Counted from the stretch's first letter, positions 1 through 9,792 are shown. The stretch: 58,002 bases of DNA from Eubacteriales bacterium (GCA_045653105.1 JAZOLL010000060.1:1-58002); one strand, 5' to 3'. Notes: generated by a model from the sequence alone, not told the origin. Program-made: numbers and translations.

Positions 1-2
1 TT

Positions 3-50
3 GTATAACGAAAACCACGCGATAGTCGCGTGGTTCAAAAGAGGTTAACC
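3..50 (-). mobile_element. IS200/IS605-like end hairpin (remnant, no transposase)
   Basis: AACCACGCGA-tag-TCGCGTGGTT hairpin next to a short palindrome (GGTTAACC); resembles IS200-family subterminal hairpins; at the window edge. Confidence 0.35.
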
Positions 51-97
51 GATGAGAAGAATCAAACAAAATATAGTGTGAGAACGCTCATGTGCCA

Positions 98-227
98 AAG
101 GCTCCCTTGTGTAAAGGGAGCTGTCAGCGAAGCTGACTGAGGGATTGGTTTGCATTGATTTTATGGGTTGCAATCCCTTCGTCATTTTCCCCGGAAAATG
201 CCACCTCCCTTTACACAAGGGAGGCTT
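98..227. repeat. Palindromic intergenic repeat family A, copy 1
   Basis: Terminal inverted repeats CTCCCTTGTGTAAAGGGAG...CTCCCTTTACACAAGGGAG with inner GGGATTG/CAATCCC arms; homologous copies at 25898-26018 and 54954-55138. Confidence 0.85.
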
Positions 228-235
228 GGGGTTAG

Positions 236-372
236 TCCCGCTCCAAGCGGGGTGTACGTAACATATTGCATGGCTGGCAGGCCAATAAAAAGCGCATTTG
301 TGCGCAGCCGGTAGTATTAGGGCTATGCCCGAAACTGAAATACCCCCCCGTTTTACGGGGGGGTATTTATTT
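236..372 (+). mobile_element. IS200-like 3' end remnant (non-autonomous)
   Basis: GGGCTATGCCC palindrome followed by the AAATACCCCCCG-tttta-CGGGGGGTATTT hairpin, an arrangement resembling IS200-family right ends; no tnpA ORF. Confidence 0.4.
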
Positions 373-409
373 AAACCGCCTGCGCGCAACCTATCCAAAG
401 CTGTTCCCC

Positions 410-439
410 GTCACACATTCGCCCTCTCTAGCATATACT
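410..439 (+). promoter_or_regulatory. Putative sigE/sigK (mother-cell) promoter
   Basis: GTCACA-N16-CATATACT about 30 nt upstream of the ATG at 472. Confidence 0.45.
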
Positions 440-471
440 TTCAAGTGAAAAGATCTTTTGGAGGTACAGAT

Positions 472-690
472 ATGCAGATAGACAGAGCATCCCTTGATCG
501 ACTTCTTTCACTCAACGACAGACAGCTACAGAAATTCATCGTCAAGCTTGCCGCGGACAGCGGCATAGATCCCGCGGCATTCAAGATAGACGTAGGCGAC
601 GTCAAGAGCATCAGAGACGCGCTTCGCGGCGCGACCGACGCCGATCTTGCGCTCATCGGCGAGATGTACGAGAAAAACAAGCGCAAATAA
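472..690 (+). CDS. Small hypothetical protein (72 aa)
   Basis: GGAGG RBS at 460-464 before ATG 472, in frame with ORF 298..690; first of three tightly spaced genes. Confidence 0.75.
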   Translation: MQIDRASLDRLLSLNDRQLQKFIVKLAADSGIDPAAFKIDVGDVKSIRDALRGATDADLALIGEMYEKNKRK

Positions 691-711
691 GCGCGGGAGG
701 GGGATTTTTCT

Positions 712-1152
712 ATGACAGAAGCAGAATCCAGGCGAGATGACTCCCCCGCGGAGAGCTCGCCAAAGGAGGACACGCGGATATCCGACGCCATAAACAAGCT
801 GATGGCAAATCCCGAGCTTATCGGAATGATAGGCAGGGCGATGGCATCGGCGAAGGCGGAATCGCCGCCGAGCGCCGAGGCGGCAGAGCCGCCCGTGGCG
901 GCTGCCGAGACCGAGCGAAGCGAGGCATCGCCCGCCGCAGCGGATATGAGCAAGGTAATATCGACCATCGCGCCGATGTTATCCTCGCTATCGGGGATAT
1001 CACTGCAAAAGAGCGCGGAGACTGACCACCGTAGCTGTCTTTTGCGCGCGCTCAAGCCATACTTATCAAAGGAACGCGGTGAGGCGATAGAGCAGATGAT
1101 AACCGTCGGGCGCATATCCGAGATAATTCGGGGCGCAAATCAAGGGAGGTGA
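712..1152 (+). CDS. Hypothetical protein, acidic Ala/Pro-rich with LLRALKPYL C-terminal motif
   Basis: GGAGG RBS, 146-aa ORF, operon spacing. Confidence 0.75.
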   Translation: MTEAESRRDDSPAESSPKEDTRISDAINKLMANPELIGMIGRAMASAKAESPPSAEAAEPPVAAAETERSEASPAAADMSKVISTIAPMLSSLSGISLQKSAETDHRSCLLRALKPYLSKERGEAIEQMITVGRISEIIRGANQGR

Positions 1153-1156
1153 TCGA

Positions 1157-1540
1157 GTGTACGCGAGATATCCGAATTACAGATTTGGCGGCGGCATAAA
1201 GATACCCGAAAACTACAGCGGAAACGCGTTCTCAAACGAGGCGACCGCGCCCGAGCCCGACCCCGTTGAAGTAAATTCCGAGCCCTCCGAAGAAGCAGAT
1301 AACACCCCCGTGGCAGCGATGGATAAGAACGATGAAAGTATCGAGACTTCCCTTTTCCGAGGCGGTGAGAAGCGAAGACGCGCGTCTCCGTTCGGCTTTC
1401 GATTCGACCTCGGCAGACTCTTTTCGGGCGGCTTCGGCTTCGAGGAGCTGCTTATCCTCGCCATCATTCTCCTCGTCTCGCAAAACGAGGCACAGGACGA
1501 TCTGATCCTATTCCTTGCGATACTTCTTTTCATAGGTTGA
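1157..1540 (+). CDS. Hypothetical protein with hydrophobic C-terminal hairpin
   Basis: GGAGGT RBS, GTG start; C-terminus EELLILAIILL...DDLILFLAILLF. Confidence 0.75.
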   Translation: MYARYPNYRFGGGIKIPENYSGNAFSNEATAPEPDPVEVNSEPSEEADNTPVAAMDKNDESIETSLFRGGEKRRRASPFGFRFDLGRLFSGGFGFEELLILAIILLVSQNEAQDDLILFLAILLFIG

Positions 1541-1561
1541 GAATAGCCGAAAAAATTGGGG

Positions 1562-1590
1562 TTGCTTTTTTTCACGGGTGGTGCTATAAT
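1562..1590 (+). promoter_or_regulatory. sigma-A promoter of coaW
   Basis: TTGCTT-N17-TATAAT with extended TG. Confidence 0.65.
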
Positions 1591-1638
1591 GGTCCTAGAT
1601 AAGACTCCTTGCCACGCGGTGAAAGAAAGGATATCAAG

Positions 1639-2490
1639 ATGAAAACAGTTATAGGAATAGATATCGGTGGCTCAACCACCAAAATAGTCGGCGCGAAAAA
1701 AAGTGATGACGGCAACGTCACTCTCATAGATCCTATATTCGTAAAGGCGACAGACGCGATAACCTCGGTCTATGGCGCGTTCGGAAAATTCACAATGCAA
1801 AATTCTATCTCGCTTGACGAGATAGACGCGGTCAAAATGACGGGTGTTGGCGCGTCCTTCATAGATAAGCCGATATACTCCCTGCCCTGCGAAAAGGTCT
1901 CCGAGTTCTCCTCGGTGGCGCTTGGCGGACTTCATCTCTCGGGTCTTGACGAGGCGATAGTCGTGAGCATGGGAACGGGTACGGCATTCGTTCACGCGAA
2001 AAAGACGGCAGACGGCACATCGATAAAGTACCTCGGCGGCACGGGTGTCGGCGGCGGAACACTTATAGGTCTGTCGAAAAAGATGATCGGTGTTGACACG
2101 GTCGAGCACCTTGAAGCTCTCTGTGAGGACGGAAATCTCGACAACGTGGATCTTCGCATCAAGGATATCTCTGCCGACAACAATTTTCAAATAAACGAGG
2201 AGCTCACCGCGGCAAACTTCGGCAAGCTCTCTGATATGGCGACTAAAAACGACCTCGCGCTCGGCATCGCGAACCTCGTTGCCGAGACGATAATGATGCT
2301 CGGTGTCTTTGCTGCCCGAAATTACGGACTCAAAAACGTGGTCCTTACAGGAAACCTCACCTCGATCTCCGCTATAACCAGCGTATTCTCAAAGTTCGAG
2401 GAGCTCTTTGACGTGAAATTCATTCTCCCCGAAAACGCCCAGTTTGCTACCGTCATCGGCGCAGCACTCGACGGTATATCAAGGGTATAA
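1639..2490 (+). CDS. coaW: Type II pantothenate kinase
   Basis: GIDIGGSTTK, SMGTGT, GGTGVGGGT and AANFGK motifs; AAAGGA RBS before ATG 1639. Confidence 0.85.
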   Translation: MKTVIGIDIGGSTTKIVGAKKSDDGNVTLIDPIFVKATDAITSVYGAFGKFTMQNSISLDEIDAVKMTGVGASFIDKPIYSLPCEKVSEFSSVALGGLHLSGLDEAIVVSMGTGTAFVHAKKTADGTSIKYLGGTGVGGGTLIGLSKKMIGVDTVEHLEALCEDGNLDNVDLRIKDISADNNFQINEELTAANFGKLSDMATKNDLALGIANLVAETIMMLGVFAARNYGLKNVVLTGNLTSISAITSVFSKFEELFDVKFILPENAQFATVIGAALDGISRV

Positions 2491-2504
2491 AGCAAAAAAC
2501 GCGC

Positions 2505-2538
2505 AAAAAAGCCGCCCACTCGGGCGGCTTTTCTTTTT
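2505..2538. terminator. Bidirectional intrinsic terminator
   Basis: AAAAAAGCCGCCC-actc-GGGCGGCTTTT between convergent genes. Confidence 0.8.
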
Positions 2539-2545
2539 GTCGGTC

Positions 2546-3706
2546 TCAAAGACCTATATTCTCCAGGAATGCTCGCGTATTTGCTGCTTCCTCTTTCGAT
2601 ATATCGTTGTTATATTGCAGCTCTCTTGTCGTGCGTCTCAAATGACCGCAGAATATCAGTTTACACCATCTTCGTACCTGCATAAACGGGGTAAGCCAGC
2701 GGTGCTTTTGAAGAATGGGATAATGGAACTTGATCACGTCGTAGGGCAGAAAGATCTTTGATAATACATACCCTAATCTTCCGCCTTGCTTTTGCTGCTG
2801 TACGGCAATTCGATTTTCGTTTGTCCCATATACGCCACCGCGCAAAATATAATTCTGCATTTGCTGCGTAATATCAGTATGCTCAGCGTTGCCAAACCAT
2901 ATTTCCGAAAGCAACTCGGATCGTTGTGCAAAAGTTAGAAGCTTGCCTTTTGCAAGTAAGCTGTTACGTTTGTCTTTGTCAAAGGAAACCTTGTGATCGA
3001 GTATCCAAAGGTCAAGAAACGTACGAACACCGCATCCGCCGTTTTCAAAGTGCTTTGCCATGTGCGCGATATGATAAAAGTAAAACATCTCATCGGGCAT
3101 TTCGAACCAATACTCAAAGCCCTCGCGAGCACGCGCAGACTCCCAAACAGCCTTTAGCACCTCTGAGGATTCCTTCGCAAGCCCCTCCTCGACAAGGTCG
3201 TAATGCAGTTCAACATGAATCTTTGTGGGCGCGAAAAGTGAAACGTCATGCGAGCCCTTGCCCTCAAAAGTGTATCCATACTCCTCGATCAATATCGACT
3301 TAGCTCGATCAAGGTCCTCTTCTCTCACAAGAATATCGATATCACAGCTTGTCCTCATCCACGGCTCAGGGTAGAGCTTGCGGATCACCGAGCCCTTGAG
3401 CGGGAGAAAGCGTATCTGCGCCTTTTCGAGCGCGGCACAGAGATTTTCATATTCATATTGCAGCATCTCATATCGATATACCGCTTTGAATATCTCGGTT
3501 TCAAGCTGACCGGCATTCTCATCAAGCAAATCATTATTTTTCAGTCCAAGCGCGAGCAGATGCAGAACGTCGTGCTGCTTTGCGATCTTTGTAAGCTGCG
3601 GCAACATTTCCGTGTCATAGAGCGATTTTTCCTCATCAGAAAGAAGAGTGCCACAAATATTCGAGCTTAGCAATGCGAACATTATCTTACTTGTCTTATC
3701 ACTCAT
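2546..3706 (-). CDS. Nucleotidyltransferase family protein (NTP_transf_5-like)
   Basis: LPLKG...YP...R..CDIDILV, VELH and H..KH motifs. Confidence 0.8.
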   Translation of the reverse strand: MSDKTSKIMFALLSSNICGTLLSDEEKSLYDTEMLPQLTKIAKQHDVLHLLALGLKNNDLLDENAGQLETEIFKAVYRYEMLQYEYENLCAALEKAQIRFLPLKGSVIRKLYPEPWMRTSCDIDILVREEDLDRAKSILIEEYGYTFEGKGSHDVSLFAPTKIHVELHYDLVEEGLAKESSEVLKAVWESARAREGFEYWFEMPDEMFYFYHIAHMAKHFENGGCGVRTFLDLWILDHKVSFDKDKRNSLLAKGKLLTFAQRSELLSEIWFGNAEHTDITQQMQNYILRGGVYGTNENRIAVQQQKQGGRLGYVLSKIFLPYDVIKFHYPILQKHRWLTPFMQVRRWCKLIFCGHLRRTTRELQYNNDISKEEAANTRAFLENIGL

Positions 3707-3775
3707 AGCAATCTTCCTTTCCCGAAAAAGTCTTACCTCTTTATCACAAATCTATGGCTGAGCTGAAGCCGGTCA

Positions 3776-4669
3776 TCACGCTCCTGCGTAAAGGGGGTCT
3801 ATTTTTTTGAGTTCGTTATATGTGTCAATTTCTACGATATCATCAAAGCGGCATTCTCTGATGGATACCTGATAATTTTCTTTTTTGTATACGAGCGGAA
3901 CCTGCTCCCAATAGCGCTCCTTACCGCCGGGAGCGTTGTATACCTCCGCGATATCGCGCTCAAGATTTTTACCCGCATCGGCATCCCAATAAGATATTCC
4001 AACCAACTGATGACAGTTTTTTCCGCCAACGCACTCCTCGATGATGATTCCGTTTTCATTGGTGTATAAGCACCAATCGTCCGAGGTTTCCACGGGAATA
4101 CCGAGGAAATTCGAGCTGTACTCGTATTTGCGAATAAGCTTCGGGTTAGATAATACGAGGTCTGCCTCAAGCGCATAAGCATTGCTGAACAAATCGCGAG
4201 CGCACATAGCCGACGAGATATTGTTTGCCTCGTTGTATAGCGGGTTGTCGATAAACTTGATGTTCGGGTACTTATAAAGCAACTGGTCGAACTGTTCCCC
4301 AAGATATCCGCGAATAATGTATATCTCCTCGATGCCTGCGGCAACTATAGCGTCAAGCAGGGTGTCTATCATTCGCGTTCCGTGTACTCTGATAAGGGGC
4401 TTGGGCGTATTAAACGTAAGCGGGATCATTCTCGAGCCAAAGCCTGCCGCCAAGAATACTGCGCGCTTTACACGATACGGCTCAAGGGCTTCGATTCCCT
4501 TCTCCGTAATTCTGCCCTCTTCCACAAGACCGTCAGCCACCAGCTCTTTCATAATGTCACTGACTGCCTCGGCAGAAAGTCCAAGCGCCTCGGCGATCTC
4601 TCCTTGAGTAGATGCCTTTTTTTCTTCATCCAAAAGAAGAATCATTAATTCAAATGTGTTTTTTGTCAT
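3776..4669 (-). CDS. licC: Winged-HTH fused LicC-like CTP:phosphocholine cytidylyltransferase
   Basis: N-terminal TQGEIAEALGLS HTH; LAAGFGSR, PKPL, NNISS and EIDT motifs. Confidence 0.75.
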   Translation of the reverse strand: MTKNTFELMILLLDEEKKASTQGEIAEALGLSAEAVSDIMKELVADGLVEEGRITEKGIEALEPYRVKRAVFLAAGFGSRMIPLTFNTPKPLIRVHGTRMIDTLLDAIVAAGIEEIYIIRGYLGEQFDQLLYKYPNIKFIDNPLYNEANNISSAMCARDLFSNAYALEADLVLSNPKLIRKYEYSSNFLGIPVETSDDWCLYTNENGIIIEECVGGKNCHQLVGISYWDADAGKNLERDIAEVYNAPGGKERYWEQVPLVYKKENYQVSIRECRFDDIVEIDTYNELKKIDPLYAGA

Positions 4670-6446
4670 ATTTTACCTCCATCGATAAGTTCAATATTCT
4701 TGTTTTTCGTTCATTCAGATGATCCACAAACGGTTGAATTTCATCTTCACTGTAGTTACTCACAAGGTTTTTGATTTGTCGCGGATCATTTTTTAAATCA
4801 TACACCTCAGTAACGGTTGCCTTTGTTATAGGCTCCTCTAATTTCGCCAAGGTTCCCACAAACAGATCTTCGTTATACGACGCCATCTTTATCTCGCGTC
4901 TTGTCAGATCGGGACAACCTCCGCCACAGTACTCGATGAGTAGCGCTTCGTATGAAAAATCCTCAAAAACGCTGTGACCCGAAAACTCTGACGGAACACT
5001 TCCATCCGCCAGATCACACAATGTAGCCGGAATATCTTTACTTTGTCTTAAGCCCTTGATTTCCTTGTGTTCTACTTCAGGACCGTAAACAACAAACGGA
5101 ATATTATAATTTTCCAAATACAAGTTAGTTACCGCGCTATCTCTGAGGGGATTTCCGCCAAATGAAAATCCATGATCAGCACAGATCAATATCGCGGTGT
5201 CATCTAAATACCCTTTTTGCTTCATTGCCTCAAAAAAGTCTTCAATCACGCTATCTATATAGCGCAAAGACAGATCGTGTGACAGACTTCCTTGGTAATC
5301 AGACGGTATTCTCGAGAGCAATTCAGTTGCTATGTTTTTCTCTTTTTCTAACAGGTCTTTATCCTCTGTGTCATAGGTGAAAAACATCTCAGGATTATGA
5401 ATATCGTCAACGTGTATAACAGCAAAATGGGACTTGTCGGAGGAACGCTCTTCTCTCCAATTCAAATAGTGCGCCGCGTGTGTTCTCATGCTCGGAGCAT
5501 TTTTAAAGGAATCATAATTTGAAGCTACGCGGTCAAACAGATCCAAATCAAATACCTGATTGATCGAAAGCAAGGCACCCTTGGCTAGGTTTTTCAGGCT
5601 ATAAACGCTTGGCTTTTTAAGAAAACGGCCAAATTGCTTGAATGGGCCCTTGTAAATGCCTCGGCAATTTTTCATATTCAGCCTGAAATCCATTGAGCGA
5701 ATTTTCTTCATCAGCGGCGTATATTCTTTACGAACATACTCAAGCACCGAGCGATCCTTTATTTTGTTATCTTGAAAATGTGCCGGTATTGAAAACAGCC
5801 TGTGCGAAGTTCCACTAGTCAAAACCTCAGTAATATATTCGTTGGTATCCGCTGAATATTTTTCATATTCACTAGAGACCATATCCTTCACAGCGCTTGC
5901 GTCGTATTGCTTTGTGTTTCCACCGATCATATTGACCGATTTATCGCCAGACAACAGATCATCAAGAAAACGAAGCCATTCCGAAAAATTATCCTCGAAT
6001 ATCTCTCTGAGGGTAGCGAAATCGGCATCTGTAATGCTTTTTTCCTTTAGCAGTTTTGCATAATGAGAAAGTCGATATGACCAAAGCGCGCCCAGATCGT
6101 ATCCGACACTGTAATATATCTCGTCAACTCCTCGTCTTAGCGACGAAGGATGGCATTGCGGTTGAAAGGAATTAAAATAAGTTTCATACCCTTTTTGCTT
6201 CATTGCCTCAAAAATCGTCAATGGAGCATCCTTGTAACGAAACAGATACCCACCGTTGTCCAAAACGTCCGTGCCACAATAAATTCCCATAGTAGCAGCT
6301 TCTGTATAAGGAGCTTGCGAGTACATCGTATCACAATATACACCTTTTTCTTTGAGCGAATTTAAAAACGGGGTTAATTCCACGCTTGATTCTTTAATGT
6401 GAGTATTGTTCATCGAATCTATTACTAACATTAAAATATTATTCAT
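4650..6446 (-). CDS. Sulfatase-like / alkaline phosphatase superfamily enzyme, cytoplasmic
   Basis: LVIDS, HVDDIH, ADHG and YDLKNDP motifs; Thr instead of CxPxR at the nucleophile position; no signal peptide. Confidence 0.75.
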   Translation of the reverse strand: MNNILMLVIDSMNNTHIKESSVELTPFLNSLKEKGVYCDTMYSQAPYTEAATMGIYCGTDVLDNGGYLFRYKDAPLTIFEAMKQKGYETYFNSFQPQCHPSSLRRGVDEIYYSVGYDLGALWSYRLSHYAKLLKEKSITDADFATLREIFEDNFSEWLRFLDDLLSGDKSVNMIGGNTKQYDASAVKDMVSSEYEKYSADTNEYITEVLTSGTSHRLFSIPAHFQDNKIKDRSVLEYVRKEYTPLMKKIRSMDFRLNMKNCRGIYKGPFKQFGRFLKKPSVYSLKNLAKGALLSINQVFDLDLFDRVASNYDSFKNAPSMRTHAAHYLNWREERSSDKSHFAVIHVDDIHNPEMFFTYDTEDKDLLEKEKNIATELLSRIPSDYQGSLSHDLSLRYIDSVIEDFFEAMKQKGYLDDTAILICADHGFSFGGNPLRDSAVTNLYLENYNIPFVVYGPEVEHKEIKGLRQSKDIPATLCDLADGSVPSEFSGHSVFEDFSYEALLIEYCGGGCPDLTRREIKMASYNEDLFVGTLAKLEEPITKATVTEVYDLKNDPRQIKNLVSNYSEDEIQPFVDHLNERKTRILNLSMEVKYDKKHI

Positions 6447-7917
6447 TATTGCCCCCCCTTATCTTCGCTACCTGCGTCCAAACCTTTTTGATCTGTGAAA
6501 TCAAAAACGGATCTCTCAATATAATTGTCATAATAAAATAAGTACCGCATCCGCCAATGAATTCAAGCATTATTTTATATATCAATGCAACTTGGACCTT
6601 TGAGATCAGAAGCATTACCATCAGCATAAGTATTGCGGAAATAATATACCGTATAGATTTGACCCAAAAATGCTTGATACAAATTTCCTTTTTTGCTTTG
6701 TTTAGCAAAAATATCACTAGCAACGCCTCAGCACTAACAGAAGCGAACACCGCACCGTAGGATTGAAAATACGGTATTAAAGAGAGGTTCAACAAACAGT
6801 TCACCATCAAAATAACTATGTAATACCGATTCATAGTGCTTTGTAATCCCTTGGGGAAAATATACATCGCCTGCAAGAGTCCGCTTATAGTCAAGCAAGG
6901 AATGATCCAGACAAAGATATACACAAGGGGTATGACCGAATCATATCCCGCGCCGAAAAACAACGGAACAAAATCTCTGGCTAGTCCCATAATACCAAAC
7001 ATTATCGGCCAACAAAGGAACATAGAAAAAGAAATAAAGGTTTCACAGTATGATAAATATATTTCTTTCGTTTTATTTTCCACAACGTAGCTCATTCTTG
7101 TGCGAACTATCGTAAAGGACGCGGTTACAAACGCTATCGCAACCTTTACAAGCTTTTCCGCTTGTTCGTAATAACCGGTCGTTACCTTCGTTTGATCAAA
7201 AAGACCAAGCATGGTTTTGTCGATCATAGAATACAGTGCACTGGCAAGGGTAGGAACAAAATACACCAACGACTCTTTTATCGTAACAAAAAAGTCTTTT
7301 TTATCAAAGCGTACCCTTCCTACGTCCTTCAGCACGATCGGAATAAACATGAGCGCGATCGCAAGTGGTATTGCGTTAAAGAACAAAACGTATAACCACA
7401 GATCCTCTTTGTTGTTGACAAACACATAAACACAAACCGCATAAACTATCTGGGAAAATATGTTCAAAAGAGAAACCAGTTTAAATCTCTCAATGCCCTG
7501 TAAATACCATACCGGATTTATCATCTCTTTCACAAGATATACCGTCCAGCACAGATAGATCAGGCGCATAAAGGGGTCGGCGGGCAATACCACAAACGCT
7601 ACAATATAGGCACAAAGACTAATAAAACAGCATGTCATTTTCACGAGGTAAACCGACCAAAACACCTTGCTTCTGGCCTCTTCATCGTCTTTAACGATCG
7701 CAATTCTCCTTTGTCCATACATATCTAATCCAAGCGCGCCAAATATAGCAAAGTAATAAACTATGGAAAAGGTAAAGCTCCTTACACCCACGTAGTCAGG
7801 CCCCATTACTCTTGAGAATTTCGGTGTTACCACCAATGGAGCAAGAACTACAACGACCTGATAAATAACGTTAAATATTAAATTTTGTTTTAGGCTTTCT
7901 TTGCGTATGGTCCGCAT
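6439..7917 (-). CDS. wzx: Wzx oligosaccharide flippase
   Basis: 492 aa with many hydrophobic segments; YGQRRIA, QGIERF and IDKTMLG motifs. Confidence 0.85.
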   Translation of the reverse strand: MRTIRKESLKQNLIFNVIYQVVVVLAPLVVTPKFSRVMGPDYVGVRSFTFSIVYYFAIFGALGLDMYGQRRIAIVKDDEEARSKVFWSVYLVKMTCCFISLCAYIVAFVVLPADPFMRLIYLCWTVYLVKEMINPVWYLQGIERFKLVSLLNIFSQIVYAVCVYVFVNNKEDLWLYVLFFNAIPLAIALMFIPIVLKDVGRVRFDKKDFFVTIKESLVYFVPTLASALYSMIDKTMLGLFDQTKVTTGYYEQAEKLVKVAIAFVTASFTIVRTRMSYVVENKTKEIYLSYCETFISFSMFLCWPIMFGIMGLARDFVPLFFGAGYDSVIPLVYIFVWIIPCLTISGLLQAMYIFPKGLQSTMNRYYIVILMVNCLLNLSLIPYFQSYGAVFASVSAEALLVIFLLNKAKKEICIKHFWVKSIRYIISAILMLMVMLLISKVQVALIYKIMLEFIGGCGTYFIMTIILRDPFLISQIKKVWTQVAKIRGGNNE

Positions 7918-7922
7918 AAACG

Positions 7923-9005
7923 TTATTTTTCCTTTCTACACGATCTCTCCCTACATTTTGATACCGCTGAGAAGAGACCCTTGCGAGCTTGATCAAGCAA
8001 GATGCAAGTAATAAACACTATAGAAACACATGCCACAAAATGAAGTATAAACACAGGGGATGATATCATTCCCTTTGCATTAAACAGTTCGTTCCATATA
8101 AACTCTCTCCACAGGAAATTTTCGTGGATAAGATACACCGAGAAAACAGAGGGAGCAACAAAATGAACGACCTTTGTCACAGCGAGACTCTCGCACCTTA
8201 TTCTTGTAAAGAATACAAACAAAAATACCGATGCCAGGAATACCGTGATCGAATCATAATGATATAACAAATTCTGTCCGGTAGCTAATACCGAGAATTT
8301 TGTTGAAGCAAAAATCGCCGCCATCTTAACCAAGACCATCAATACGGAAATTCCAAAATACGAGGCAAGGTTCAAGTAATTCTTTTTGAACAAATTAAGT
8401 CCGTACTTGTTTATGTATGCGCCGCACAGATACAGCACGATAAACCAAGTCAAGCTATATCCCTTTCTGTCATCAATGGTTTCCGCAAACGGCAAAACAC
8501 ACTTCCACACAGAGAAAACAACGATCAGTATAAGGATCAAATTTCTATGCTGTGTCCGAGAGAGATTGTTGCACAATATGTTGATATACGGGCTTATCAG
8601 ATACAAAACCAAATACACCGTAATAAACCAATACGTGGACATAGAGATCGGCAAAAATGATGACAGCGCAGCACCTATAGACGCTCCATAAAAAACTGCG
8701 TATATTATAAAGAAAATCGCAGAATAAAAAATCGTCGTAAAATATAAGTGCTTTACTTTCTTCCATTTAAAAGTGCTGTTTATCAAGAAATAACCGCTGA
8801 TCAAAACGAAGCAGTTAACTCCAACGATCGATAGTGCCTCCAGCCACGATGCCAACAAATAATTGGGTGTGATCTTGGCGATGTTTCCGTCATATATGTT
8901 ATAATAAGCGCCCCCCACACCCAAATAGTGCAGGCTTACAATAAATAACATAGATAAGACTCTAAGTAGATCCAAGTTTATTTTTCTTTCACGCATCACT
9001 AACAT
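7923..9005 (-). CDS. Acyltransferase family 3 (O-acetyltransferase)
   Basis: LDLLRVLSMLFIVSLH, FVLISGYF, WFI and VYLIH motifs; multi-TM. Confidence 0.85.
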   Translation of the reverse strand: MLVMRERKINLDLLRVLSMLFIVSLHYLGVGGAYYNIYDGNIAKITPNYLLASWLEALSIVGVNCFVLISGYFLINSTFKWKKVKHLYFTTIFYSAIFFIIYAVFYGASIGAALSSFLPISMSTYWFITVYLVLYLISPYINILCNNLSRTQHRNLILILIVVFSVWKCVLPFAETIDDRKGYSLTWFIVLYLCGAYINKYGLNLFKKNYLNLASYFGISVLMVLVKMAAIFASTKFSVLATGQNLLYHYDSITVFLASVFLFVFFTRIRCESLAVTKVVHFVAPSVFSVYLIHENFLWREFIWNELFNAKGMISSPVFILHFVACVSIVFITCILLDQARKGLFSAVSKCRERSCRKEK

Positions 9006-9018
9006 CCTTACTACTCAA

Positions 9019-9792
9019 TTACAGTTCGATTTTGTAAAAAGAATGATTGCTGACCCTTTGATCCTCGGGCGGCAAATTCATATAGGCATTATAGAGCCTT
9101 GTTAAGAGAGAATCGTAATTGCTCGTTCCCATAAAACGATCCTCTCCAAACTGAAGCAGTTCCAGCTTGTTCATATCTTCTTTCTTCAAGTAGGTTTTTT
9201 CATCCACCATACTTGAATCGCGCAACAAGCTGCCTTTCTCATTTTTATATACCTCTCCGCACGACTTAGCAAGCTTGTTATAAGGAATGCACTTTCTAAG
9301 CAGACGGGCAGGTATTCTCAGCACCCGATTGATGTTAGATATATTCAAGGTGCAGAGTCTATACATTTTGTATTTTATCAGGAACTCGGTTTTTTTCAGC
9401 GCGGCGCGTAAACCACCGGGCACCTCATCCAGAACAAAAATGTCTATATAAAGACCAATATTGTAATTCAGATCGGATATATTGTTTTCTATCAAAACTG
9501 TTCCTTTTTTTCGTACCTTAGGAAACAAGTAAGGGTATTTCTCGTCAATGTCAGAATCCACCAACTCATAGCAATCGCTCTTGTAAATCTCCTTGAATTT
9601 TTCATATTCCGAGCGAAGCATAAAAACATCCACATCATCGTCCCAAGGAATAAAGTCGCCATGACGAACAGCGCCAAGCAGCGTTCCATATGCCATTGAA
9701 TACTGAATATTATTTTTTTCACAAGCATCGTGAAATGATTTCAGAATTGAATATACATTTGTCTGAATTTCTTTTGTTAACAAATCTTCCAT
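9019..9792 (-). CDS. licD: LicD family phosphotransferase
   Basis: GTLLGAVRHGDFIPWDDDVD, IDIF and C-terminal PP..R..H. Confidence 0.9.
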   Translation of the reverse strand: MEDLLTKEIQTNVYSILKSFHDACEKNNIQYSMAYGTLLGAVRHGDFIPWDDDVDVFMLRSEYEKFKEIYKSDCYELVDSDIDEKYPYLFPKVRKKGTVLIENNISDLNYNIGLYIDIFVLDEVPGGLRAALKKTEFLIKYKMYRLCTLNISNINRVLRIPARLLRKCIPYNKLAKSCGEVYKNEKGSLLRDSSMVDEKTYLKKEDMNKLELLQFGEDRFMGTSNYDSLLTRLYNAYMNLPPEDQRVSNHSFYKIEL

